From a virus (Duplodnaviria > Caudoviricetes), in the IMG/VR virus record IMGVR_UViG_3300035208_004923, positions 128,001 to 192,000 of that record: a stretch of DNA of 64,000 bases; one strand, given 5' to 3'. Under the pieces are notes generated by a model that saw nothing but the letters and a program-made list of their open reading frames with translations, was not told the DNA's origin and did no database searches. The translations under genes and the position numbers were made by a program. Below are positions 40,008-48,451 of the stretch, piece after piece (the stretch's first letter is position 1; every line of letters starts with the position of its first letter).

Positions 40008-41399
40008 TTATATTTTTTCTAACTCAGCTTTCAATTTCTTAAGTTCCTGTATTTCATTTTGAACAGCAAACATTTGTTTCTTTGCGGATTTTCTTTGTCC
40101 ATAAAAATCAGTTAAAATTGTTCTAAATACAGAATCTTCGGCATCATTAAAATACGCGCCAGATGCAGTGTATGTAATGTTTTCAATATCTGGTTTCTTT
40201 GCTTCTTTACCCATGAATGCTTCAGGTGACATATTCCATTGTCGCATAATAGATGGGTACAGTGATGCAAAGTCAAAAGAAGCAACCCAATCGTATATTC
40301 CTTTTACGGGTGGAAATACAAAGGCACCTTCGTAACCTGTTTTATTTACGTTTCGGTTTTTGATTGTTGGGAATATTCGATTTCTGCCGTAGAATTCACG
40401 AGTCATCACAGATTCAGCCATTGCGATTGGTGAGAATGCTCTATTTGCTTCAACCTTTGTAATGTTACCCAATTTTAAATATGTTGACATTGTTGATAAC
40501 TTTGCATCAATCAATTTTACAAGAATTGAATCGACGCCATTATAGTAAACATATTGTTCAAAATCAGATTCATATAAATCCTGAAGTGTTCCGTTGTACG
40601 GAATTTTACCCATACCCAATGCTGCAGTTGCAACATATTGTAGCGTATTGTTATCTTTGAAGATTACTCTATCCCATTTTTTATAAAGTTCCATGTAATC
40701 GACAACAACTCTGTGCATCGGTAATTCTTCACGACCTACAAGTTTGCCATTTACTGCTGCAACAGATGGGTCAATTGATAAATTACGACAACGATTTACA
40801 AGATACGCCCAGTCAAAGTTTATAAAGTTCCATCCGGTAATCAATGGCATTTTTTGTATTGCCTTATTGAAAAATGAATATAACAAATCATATTCTGTTT
40901 TGAAATAAACATATGAAAACTTAATTTCTGGATAATTATGATCTGTTAAGTACTTGTTTATTTTGATTTCGATATTTCTTATCTGAACGGGAAGCAATGG
41001 TTTTGTTCCTAATACAGCAAGCATATTATCGTGCGCAAATGATATTGCGGTTACCTTATGTCTTGCAACAGATGGTTTTGGCCATTCATCATCAACTTCA
41101 GTTTCAATATCCACAAAGAATTTCTTTGGGTCATTTTTTGAATAAATCTTTTCTTTAATGTAATCTGGCTGTTTCATGAGAATTTCCTCAATTCTCCATT
41201 TGTTCAAAAAGAAAGCTTTTTTCTTTTGAACTAATTTGCCATCCCAACTTTTGAATGAAGGTTCCGCTTTTCCTACGGTATATGGAACCCATTCAAAAAA
41301 ATCCTCTTGTTCTATAGGAATTATTTGGAAAGCAACATCTCCATTTTCATCGAAGTAAGATACCTTAAGGTTTTTCTCTACTTGTTCGACGTTAATCAT
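40008..41399 (-). CDS. family B DNA polymerase, N-terminal subunit (3'-5' exonuclease + motif A)
   Basis: DIET (ExoI), GWN...FD..YL (ExoII), YNGVD (ExoIII), YEGAFV, SFDFASLYPSIM, RKSAK. Confidence 0.92.
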   Translation of the reverse strand: MINVEQVEKNLKVSYFDENGDVAFQIIPIEQEDFFEWVPYTVGKAEPSFKSWDGKLVQKKKAFFLNKWRIEEILMKQPDYIKEKIYSKNDPKKFFVDIETEVDDEWPKPSVARHKVTAISFAHDNMLAVLGTKPLLPVQIRNIEIKINKYLTDHNYPEIKFSYVYFKTEYDLLYSFFNKAIQKMPLITGWNFINFDWAYLVNRCRNLSIDPSVAAVNGKLVGREELPMHRVVVDYMELYKKWDRVIFKDNNTLQYVATAALGMGKIPYNGTLQDLYESDFEQYVYYNGVDSILVKLIDAKLSTMSTYLKLGNITKVEANRAFSPIAMAESVMTREFYGRNRIFPTIKNRNVNKTGYEGAFVFPPVKGIYDWVASFDFASLYPSIMRQWNMSPEAFMGKEAKKPDIENITYTASGAYFNDAEDSVFRTILTDFYGQRKSAKKQMFAVQNEIQELKKLKAELEKI

Positions 41400-41400
41400 A

Positions 41401-41679
41401 TTATTTGCTTAAATCTGTTGATACTTTGTTTTGTTTTACTTTTGGAATGAATTCTTCATTCACATGGCCACATTTTGTGCATTGTAATACAGGAATCGGA
41501 AATACTTGGTCTTTATCTGCACCTAGCATAAATTTCGATACTTTTTTTATCATTACCACTTCATTAAAAAATGGATTTTGACATTCATTACAAACAATGT
41601 CTATCGCCTGCGATAAATCAATTTGAGGTTGTTGCATAATATTACTGTTTATTTGTTGAACCGAATCCGCCAGTTCCAC
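41401..41679 (-). CDS. small zinc-ribbon protein
   Basis: CNEC...CTKCGH. Confidence 0.65.
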   Translation of the reverse strand: MELADSVQQINSNIMQQPQIDLSQAIDIVCNECQNPFFNEVVMIKKVSKFMLGADKDQVFPIPVLQCTKCGHVNEEFIPKVKQNKVSTDLSK

Positions 41680-42181
41680 GCTCTGTTATTTCTGTAAAAA
41701 GATCTTGTTCTGTTGTTTCTTCAATGTCTGAATAATCAACATGCACTTCAAGGAATTGAATTAATTTCTCATTCTCGCAAATTTCAACAATGAAGTTTGA
41801 TGTATTTACGATACTTAAGTGCATTTCGCCTTGGTAATCTTCATCAATTACTTCAGCTAATCTGTCAAGACCTTTCTTTACGCCAATGCCTGATTTGTTA
41901 TGAGCGTTTAATGCGATTTGTTCGTGACCGCGGATTTTGATTCCTGATGGTATCATCAGTCTTTCGTGTGGGGCAAGCAATATTTTTTTTGCTTGTTCGT
42001 CAATGTAGTAGGAATAATTTCCAGGACGGAGTTGGGAGTAATTTGGATTTTTGGCAATAAGGTCGAATAAGAATTGGTCATTAAACTCTGGCATGAAAAA
42101 ATCAATTCCTGCTGAACGAGATGTGCCTCTTTCTGGTTGTTTTACAGCACGTGTTCTTGCGTAGAATAATTTTTTTTGCAT
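41642..42181 (-). CDS. dut: trimeric dUTPase
   Basis: SAGIDF, KSG, VIDEDYQGE, ERGTGGFGST. Confidence 0.93.
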   Translation of the reverse strand: MQKKLFYARTRAVKQPERGTSRSAGIDFFMPEFNDQFLFDLIAKNPNYSQLRPGNYSYYIDEQAKKILLAPHERLMIPSGIKIRGHEQIALNAHNKSGIGVKKGLDRLAEVIDEDYQGEMHLSIVNTSNFIVEICENEKLIQFLEVHVDYSDIEETTEQDLFTEITERGTGGFGSTNKQ

Positions 42182-42225
42182 ATTAGAATTTTGTGTTTTA
42201 GTTACTTGTTTGTTAATTTAAAATT

Positions 42226-42249
42226 ATATACATTAAAGTTCCATAGTTT
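42226..42249 (-). promoter_or_regulatory. class 2 promoter-like motif
   Basis: AAACTA-N12-GTATAT upstream of the dut-polymerase operon. Confidence 0.65.
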
Positions 42250-42301
42250 TAAATAACCAAAGGTTGCTTGGGACAACCTTTAGTATATTTTAATGGGTTT
42301 T

Positions 42302-43183
42302 TTATAAACGTGTTCCGCAGTTAGAACAGAATTTTGCAGTTGCTTTTGAAGATTTTGTTCCACATTCTGTACAATAAACTCGATGATTTACATCAGAAGA
42401 ATCACTATGTTTTTGGCTTTCAGGTAACAATTGTAAAGAAATTGCATGTATGCAAATATCAGAAAATTCTTTATCAACATACACTAAATTTTGACTTGAC
42501 GCAGAACCTTTTTCAACTCTTCCTGTTTCAATATCTAGTGATTTTTTAGAACGAATACGTTGTCCATTATCTGTACTACCTTTGAATGATTTTGTGTTGC
42601 TTTCATCAGAAAATTCCATATTAAAGTCATGCATAGATGTGTATGACATTGATGCAGCAGAATTACTTGTTAATGTCGTATTGCATGTAGAACCTGATGA
42701 AATAGTAGTTGTACCGAATGATGGTGCGCCAGTGTTTTGTGAATAGTAAATTCCTGGGTTAAAAATTGTTGGTGAACCTACGTACGTTGGCTGATTTATA
42801 GTTCGCCAAATTTCAGGCTGAAGTTTTTCTTCGTAGAACTTAATATCAACATTGCCATTTTTCATAATTGCATTTGCAACTTCAGCAGAATTACCTGAAA
42901 CATTATATGTGCTAAATAAAAATTTTCGATTTTCATTTAAATAACGTTCAAGAAAAACACGTTCGCCTGGTCTAAGAATTAATCCACCACCTTGTAAAGT
43001 AGTTCCATTAATACTGATAATTGATAAAATGTTTTTTTGTGTCGGGTTGAATAACTCGATTTGGAATGTTTGTCTATCCTTAAGATAAACTTTGTTATCG
43101 TAAGATTTTAAACGATTTTTGTTTACTGCAATGTATGCAGACGGTTTGCTAGGCGTGTGAGCCCATTGATTTGAATGTAACAT
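42302..43183 (-). CDS. hypothetical protein with C-terminal double zinc ribbon
   Basis: CTECG...FCSNCG at the C-terminus. Confidence 0.7.
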   Translation of the reverse strand: MLHSNQWAHTPSKPSAYIAVNKNRLKSYDNKVYLKDRQTFQIELFNPTQKNILSIISINGTTLQGGGLILRPGERVFLERYLNENRKFLFSTYNVSGNSAEVANAIMKNGNVDIKFYEEKLQPEIWRTINQPTYVGSPTIFNPGIYYSQNTGAPSFGTTTISSGSTCNTTLTSNSAASMSYTSMHDFNMEFSDESNTKSFKGSTDNGQRIRSKKSLDIETGRVEKGSASSQNLVYVDKEFSDICIHAISLQLLPESQKHSDSSDVNHRVYCTECGTKSSKATAKFCSNCGTRL

Positions 43184-43206
43184 AAATATAACTTTATTTT
43201 ATGCAG

Positions 43207-43267
43207 TTACTAATCATTTCGTTACCCCAAGAATAACTCAAATGCCACAAGGACACATGACCAATAA
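43207..43267 (-). ncRNA. candidate structured leader RNA (three-way junction)
   Basis: 11 bp closing stem plus two hairpins, with several G-U pairs that form only on the minus strand. Confidence 0.4.
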
Positions 43268-43371
43268 ACAGCTGTTTGTTTTAACGTATCAATAAAGTTA
43301 ATTACCTTAATAGGTTATTCAATTGTATTATATATTCAGAACTATTAAATAGTTTCAGATTTCTTATCTTT

Positions 43372-43746
43372 TTACATCAAATTACTTGTTCCGCCTTGAT
43401 ATGTTCCAGTGCTTACACGTATTAATGTATCAATATGTAATTCTTTGTAATAATCGCTATACCCTAAATTTGCATCAGTATTTTTGTAACGTTCAATAAT
43501 TGGAACAAATGCAAATATTCTGTTACTGCTGAGTCCTAAACCAATAAAATATCTGCCGTATTCTTGCCATACTGTAATTTCTCTAGTTTTCCAGCCAAGT
43601 CCTTGTATAAATTGAATTTCTTCTACAAGAGCAGGCGGTAAATCTTTTAATTTCAAATCTTTCTTTGTGCTTTCATCTCTTAATTGCAAAACAAGTTTGC
43701 TTTCGTTCAACGAAAATTCTTCTAATGTTGGTATTCTTTGTTTCAT
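43372..43746 (-). CDS. tagged putative internal head protein
   Basis: Likely start MKQRIPTLEEFSLNE at 43746. Confidence 0.55.
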   Translation of the reverse strand: MKQRIPTLEEFSLNESKLVLQLRDESTKKDLKLKDLPPALVEEIQFIQGLGWKTREITVWQEYGRYFIGLGLSSNRIFAFVPIIERYKNTDANLGYSDYYKELHIDTLIRVSTGTYQGGTSNLM

Positions 43747-43753
43747 ACTTAAT

Positions 43754-44116
43754 TTAATTTTTTCCAAATTTATTTGCGCCGATGAATTTTGCGTGAAAGT
43801 CAAGACTGCTTATTGCATTATCCAATTTTGATTGTACGCCTGGGTTATCTTTGACATGAATGATTGCTCTTGTCATTGAACCAGTTTCACCAAATTCTTG
43901 TTCAACTCTACAGTCAGTATCATTATCATCTGTGAATGCTGTATCTAATGCTTGTTGCAATTTTATAAAATTGCCATTACCAACAGCAACAGGAAATTCT
44001 AATGTTATAACAATTTCGGTAAAAGTCTTTTGCGAGCCAGCCGACGGTGTCGGTATGGCTTTCGCAAGTACTTCTTGTTCTATGTATTCGTTAAGTGTTA
44101 GTAAACGCTTTTGCAT
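43754..44116 (-). CDS. tagged putative internal head protein
   Basis: Likely start MQKRLLTLNEYIEQE at 44116. Confidence 0.55.
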   Translation of the reverse strand: MQKRLLTLNEYIEQEVLAKAIPTPSAGSQKTFTEIVITLEFPVAVGNGNFIKLQQALDTAFTDDNDTDCRVEQEFGETGSMTRAIIHVKDNPGVQSKLDNAISSLDFHAKFIGANKFGKN

Positions 44117-44117
44117 A

Positions 44118-46511
44118 TTACGATTCTTGTAAACTATTTTTGATGAAATCATCTAAAGTATATAAACGTTTCATATTGAAACGACTAGCACCAGATCTGT
44201 TTAAACCTGCGTTTGCTGGTAATTGGTCGTCATCAAATTTATCACCTGAACCTGTTAAACCTGGGCCTGGTAAATATACATTGCCCATTCCTGGTACATT
44301 CGACACAGTTGATGCATCAGTTTCATTTATTTTTGTTTCGATTTTAATAGTAGATACGCCAGTTTCAAATTCAACCAAATATGCGCCTTCAGATACCGAT
44401 AAAATAGTTCCTATTCCATTAGGAAATTTGTATTTTTCGCCAAGTTCCATAATGTCTGACATCTCAGCAACAGATTCATTTGATTTATCACCGTCACCTT
44501 TTTCTCCTTCTTTCTCAACAGATAATAATTCGATATATGATTTAAGGTCGTCAAAACTGATTTCCCATTCTTTTGATAATCTTGTTATTTCTTCATCACC
44601 AATGGTAACAGCTCCAGCATCAGCAATTAATTGTTTTAATTCTGCTTTTTGTTCGTCAGTTAATAACTTTTTATCATCGTCTTCCTTAGGTTCTTCCTTA
44701 GGTTCTTCCTTAGGTTCTTCCTTAGGTTCTTCCTTAGGTTCTTCCTTAGGTTCTTCCTTAGGTTCTTCCTTAGGTTCTTCCTTAGGTTCTTCAACTTTTG
44801 GTGCGTCAGCAGTTGGCGTTGGTTTAACTTCTTCATCTTTAACTGTTGATTCTGCTGGTTTTGCAGGTTCTTCAACAGGTTTTGCAGGTTCAGCTGCAGG
44901 TTTAGCTTTAGGTTCAACACCTAACAATTCTTTTGCAAGTTTTATTGCATCTTCTTCATCAGATAAACCGTCAGCAACTAATTTTGAATAATATTTAGGA
45001 TCTTCCCATAAATGATCTCGTGCAATTTCTGCAGCTTTCTTAATGTCATCAGTATGTTCGATTTCAACTTTTTTACCTACTTCTAATTCTTTGAATATGC
45101 CATCTTCTGAAACGCTATGTTTGTTTGCAATATCGGCAATTGATTTTCTATCAGATACACCGCCTGGGATTTGGTCAGGTTCACCTGTTTTTGGTTTTGC
45201 AACATCTGCATTGGCAGGATCTGTATCATCAACTTTAACATCAGGTGCTTTAGTCCCAGTGTCATCAGTATTTATTGGTTCTACAGATTTATCAGCTTTA
45301 GTTTCGTCATCAGTTTTAGGAACAGTTTTGTCGTCAGCATCAGGCGCAGGTGCTTTATCAGCATCAGTTCCTTCAACATCGGTATTTGTATCGACCGGTT
45401 TTTCAGCGGCAGGTTCACCATCTACAGGTTTTTCTGTTGACGTATCACCTGTATTATCAGTAGCAGTTTGGTCAGAACCAGCAGGATCTAAACCAGGCAC
45501 TTTAATATCTGATGTTGTTTCTCCATCTGTACCAGCAGCAGGTTGTTCAGCTGTTGTATCAATTGATGTAGGTTCAGATTCAGCAGCTGCTTTGAAAAAT
45601 TCAGCACCCCAGTTATCAGGTTTAGCTTTTGTATAAAATTCTGAATCTCGTTTTAAATTTCCAATAACAATTCTTAATGTTTGAATAGGGTCGTTGCCAG
45701 TAACATCGGCATCTTCGCCTGCAGCAGAACCATTTGCAAGTAATACAACTTCCATACCAATTTTTAATTGGTCCATGTTATATGCAGCAACATCAATTCC
45801 TTGTTGTTTTGCAATTGCTTTAATTAACGAATCTGAATAATCTTCTAATAAAATTTCTTCTAATGAAACATTTTCATTAATTGTTGTTCTGTTTAATACG
45901 CGTACCCCAAAAGCAGATAATTCAAAGAATTTTTGTTTTGTTTCTTTGTCTTCTGTTACTTTGAATAAATGCGCGTTTTGTCGAACCCAAGCAAAAGTTG
46001 TTTTTCTGCCAGATTCTTCATTCATTTGTTTTATATATGCTATAAAAGCAGATCTTTCAATTTTACCAGATTCTGCGATATGCGCTAATACTTTATTTCT
46101 AACAGGTGTTGCAATTTGTGCAGTTTTTGCAGGATGCAAGTCTGTGTATTTTCTTTTTACTGTTGCTAATGCACCTTCTCCAATAATGTCGATATATACA
46201 TCCTCTGTTGCTGAAGATTCTGCAAGAACTTTATTACCAAGTTCATTTAAAGATACAAAGTAATTTTGTCCATTTTTTGTACGTTGGAAATATTTGCTAT
46301 TTTCGTAAACCCAACCCAATGGAGTATTCGTTGTTGTTTCGCTCAAGCCATTAATGAATATTGATAATGTACTTTCAGCAATACTTCCGCATTTTTTTAC
46401 GTATGCAAGAATTGCGTTGGCATTCGATGTAATCAATTCCGATGGTCGAGTAAATTCTTTTCTCTCTACGTCAACTGATTCATTTAAACGTGATGTCTTT
46501 TTAAAGTTCAT
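44118..46511 (-). CDS. large acidic modular protein with DUF5661-like domains and EEPK repeat
   Basis: ELEVGKKVEIEHTDD...IARDHL.EDPKYYSKL plus a degenerate second copy; low-complexity linker. Confidence 0.65.
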   Translation of the reverse strand: MNFKKTSRLNESVDVERKEFTRPSELITSNANAILAYVKKCGSIAESTLSIFINGLSETTTNTPLGWVYENSKYFQRTKNGQNYFVSLNELGNKVLAESSATEDVYIDIIGEGALATVKRKYTDLHPAKTAQIATPVRNKVLAHIAESGKIERSAFIAYIKQMNEESGRKTTFAWVRQNAHLFKVTEDKETKQKFFELSAFGVRVLNRTTINENVSLEEILLEDYSDSLIKAIAKQQGIDVAAYNMDQLKIGMEVVLLANGSAAGEDADVTGNDPIQTLRIVIGNLKRDSEFYTKAKPDNWGAEFFKAAAESEPTSIDTTAEQPAAGTDGETTSDIKVPGLDPAGSDQTATDNTGDTSTEKPVDGEPAAEKPVDTNTDVEGTDADKAPAPDADDKTVPKTDDETKADKSVEPINTDDTGTKAPDVKVDDTDPANADVAKPKTGEPDQIPGGVSDRKSIADIANKHSVSEDGIFKELEVGKKVEIEHTDDIKKAAEIARDHLWEDPKYYSKLVADGLSDEEDAIKLAKELLGVEPKAKPAAEPAKPVEEPAKPAESTVKDEEVKPTPTADAPKVEEPKEEPKEEPKEEPKEEPKEEPKEEPKEEPKEEPKEDDDKKLLTDEQKAELKQLIADAGAVTIGDEEITRLSKEWEISFDDLKSYIELLSVEKEGEKGDGDKSNESVAEMSDIMELGEKYKFPNGIGTILSVSEGAYLVEFETGVSTIKIETKINETDASTVSNVPGMGNVYLPGPGLTGSGDKFDDDQLPANAGLNRSGASRFNMKRLYTLDDFIKNSLQES
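44681..44792. repeat. 12 bp tandem repeat (CTTCCTTAGGTT) x9, encoding (EEPK)9
   Basis: Nine perfect copies plus 4 nt, counted directly. Confidence 0.95.
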
Positions 46512-46547
46512 GTGTATAATCTTATTTTTGTATTTATTTATATATTC

Positions 46548-47645
46548 TTATTTATTTCTAAACTTTGTAAATTGATTAAAGTCAAAAATGTTATCTTTTG
46601 TAAGAATATAGTCTTGTATTTGTTTTACTAACTTATTATGTTTTTCGATAAACTCTGCATTTAACAATCCTCGTTCAAAAAGAGGCTTATTAAATATCGT
46701 TAAAAATATTCTTAAAAGATATTCATATCTTTCATCTTTCAAATATTTTTTAGTTTTTTGATTCGATATGTATCGTATCCCAAGCGAACCTGTTGAACTT
46801 ATGAATGCTGGTGGATTAATTAGCATTGTTTCAATTGAATCACCAGATTCTTCTATAAAACGATTAAATGCTTCGCATATAAAATTTGCAAATTTCATAT
46901 CTTTGTTTTTTGCGTCAACGTGTATGTCTGTAAAATCTAATTGCGATACAAAATCCGATAGTTCCATTATAAGCATTTCATAACCAGATGTATTTACCTT
47001 TGGAAATACCTTACGTTCAAATCTGTTGTCTTCTAATTTATAAAGTTTATCATTTATTTTGAAAATGTATCCTTCTATTAAATCGGATTTATTTAATGAC
47101 ATACTTGTTGCGTTATCACCAAATAAATTGTGCATTATCTCAGGTAGAATGCCTCCATTCTCAATGTAATTGACAATATCTTTAATGTGTTTTCGTTTCA
47201 TTAGCTTGCCTTCAAATACCACTGGCTGACATGCTACATTCAATTGTTTCGCAACAACTTCCAATGAATCATTTACCTTTGTTTTTGATTTCGGAAAACT
47301 CATATCTGTTAGCAATAACATACTTTCAGGTTTCTTTGTGTATATTACATCTAAATCATGGCCTACAAAATAAAAATTGAACGTTCCTTGTGGAATGTTT
47401 TCTTTGTTTGCAATTAAATGCGTTATGAAATCTTCATACAGGTCAGATAATATTCTGTCGTATGTTTTGATGGGTTCAGACTTTTTCTTTGCATAAAATT
47501 CAACGTTGTTAAGTCTGTCTTTTAAAATAGATACACGATGTGCATTTATTTTTTCTGTTATACTTACTTTACTTTCTGTAAGTAATTCAATTAATTTTTC
47601 TTTGCCATTTTGTTGCAAATAATCGGATAGTGTTTCTACGCCCAT
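46548..47645 (-). CDS. RNA-ligase-like nucleotidyltransferase-fold protein
   Basis: ITEKINA (motif I-like), P.VFEG, IEGYIFK (motif IV-like). Confidence 0.5.
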   Translation of the reverse strand: MGVETLSDYLQQNGKEKLIELLTESKVSITEKINAHRVSILKDRLNNVEFYAKKKSEPIKTYDRILSDLYEDFITHLIANKENIPQGTFNFYFVGHDLDVIYTKKPESMLLLTDMSFPKSKTKVNDSLEVVAKQLNVACQPVVFEGKLMKRKHIKDIVNYIENGGILPEIMHNLFGDNATSMSLNKSDLIEGYIFKINDKLYKLEDNRFERKVFPKVNTSGYEMLIMELSDFVSQLDFTDIHVDAKNKDMKFANFICEAFNRFIEESGDSIETMLINPPAFISSTGSLGIRYISNQKTKKYLKDERYEYLLRIFLTIFNKPLFERGLLNAEFIEKHNKLVKQIQDYILTKDNIFDFNQFTKFRNK

Positions 47646-47668
47646 AATGTTTGTTCTCTGTTTAAAAT

Positions 47669-47688
47669 AAATATATAATTATATATTC
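47669..47688. promoter_or_regulatory. palindromic pair of class 3 motifs between divergent genes
   Basis: AATATATAA|TTATATATT perfect palindrome, one motif per strand. Confidence 0.55.
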
Positions 47689-47697
47689 TAATAAAAA

Positions 47698-48042
47698 ATG
47701 AGCGAAATAAGCATTAAAGATTGGGCAAATTACAAAGAAGGTAGTGATGCGGAAGCAAACTACTATTTGTTATTAGCAGTATTAAAAAAAGTTAGTACTG
47801 TTTCTGTTGAAAATAAATCGTTAGGAATTTCGATTTTAAAAGATATGATGGGTGATTTAGAAATGGCACATCTTGAATATTTTGAAGATCCCAATAGATT
47901 AAAACATTTGCTTTTAGGCAAATATGTTGTAAGCTTATTTTATATGAATCTTAAGCACAAGGATAAAATTTTGCCACTTGATGTAATGGCACAAAAGAAA
48001 ATATGGAAGAAAATAAAAATAGAAAGCACCACTGCCGTCTAA
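47698..48042 (+). CDS. hypothetical protein (only credible plus-strand gene)
   Basis: 114 aa ORF filling a gap between minus-strand genes, with its own motif and a downstream hairpin. Confidence 0.65.
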   Translation: MSEISIKDWANYKEGSDAEANYYLLLAVLKKVSTVSVENKSLGISILKDMMGDLEMAHLEYFEDPNRLKHLLLGKYVVSLFYMNLKHKDKILPLDVMAQKKIWKKIKIESTTAV

Positions 48043-48076
48043 TCCCACCCTGTTGTTCGTGTCCAGCGTAATAGAC

Positions 48077-48103
48077 AAAAGCCCTCTTAAACAGTGGGCT
48101 TTC
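48077..48103. terminator. terminator between convergent genes
   Basis: AAAGCCC...GGGCTTT inverted repeat. Confidence 0.55.
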
Positions 48104-48109
48104 TTACTT

Positions 48110-48445
48110 TTATCTTGTTTTTCCTTTTTGAATAACATCTGCAAAAACAGAATCTTCAGTTTTGAACAAATTCTTCAAATTATAAGTTTTTCGTAATTTT
48201 TCGATATCATCGAATGACGTTATCTTATGTGCAGTTACAATGTGCGGTCCGCTACTTGTACGTGCATCTTTATTTGCATCATCTTTATCTTCCCATACGT
48301 ATGCGTATTTTCTGTCTTGGTCATTCGTATAGTAATGCATAGTTATATAAATTGGATAATGCGGTTCAGTTTTTATGCCAAGAGTGTATTCATATATTGA
48401 ATTTTCTTTTATATAGTCGTCTAGACTAGGTATTCTTCGGTTCAT
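48110..48445 (-). CDS. tagged putative internal head protein
   Basis: N-terminus MNRRIPSLDDYIKE. Confidence 0.55.
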   Translation of the reverse strand: MNRRIPSLDDYIKENSIYEYTLGIKTEPHYPIYITMHYYTNDQDRKYAYVWEDKDDANKDARTSSGPHIVTAHKITSFDDIEKLRKTYNLKNLFKTEDSVFADVIQKGKTR

Positions 48446-48451
48446 AATAAT

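Noticed and set aside
43207-43267. Hammerhead ribozyme
   Set aside because: The junction reads UUUGA rather than CUGANGA and the cleavage-site position would be G; kept only as an unclassified structured RNA.
44681-44792. Tandem repeat as a CRISPR array
   Set aside because: Units are 12 bp with no spacers and are in frame within a CDS encoding EEPK.
44095-45636. Long plus-strand ORFs (44095..44991, 45043..45636) and the many other short plus-strand ORFs
   Set aside because: They are antisense shadows of well-supported minus-strand genes.
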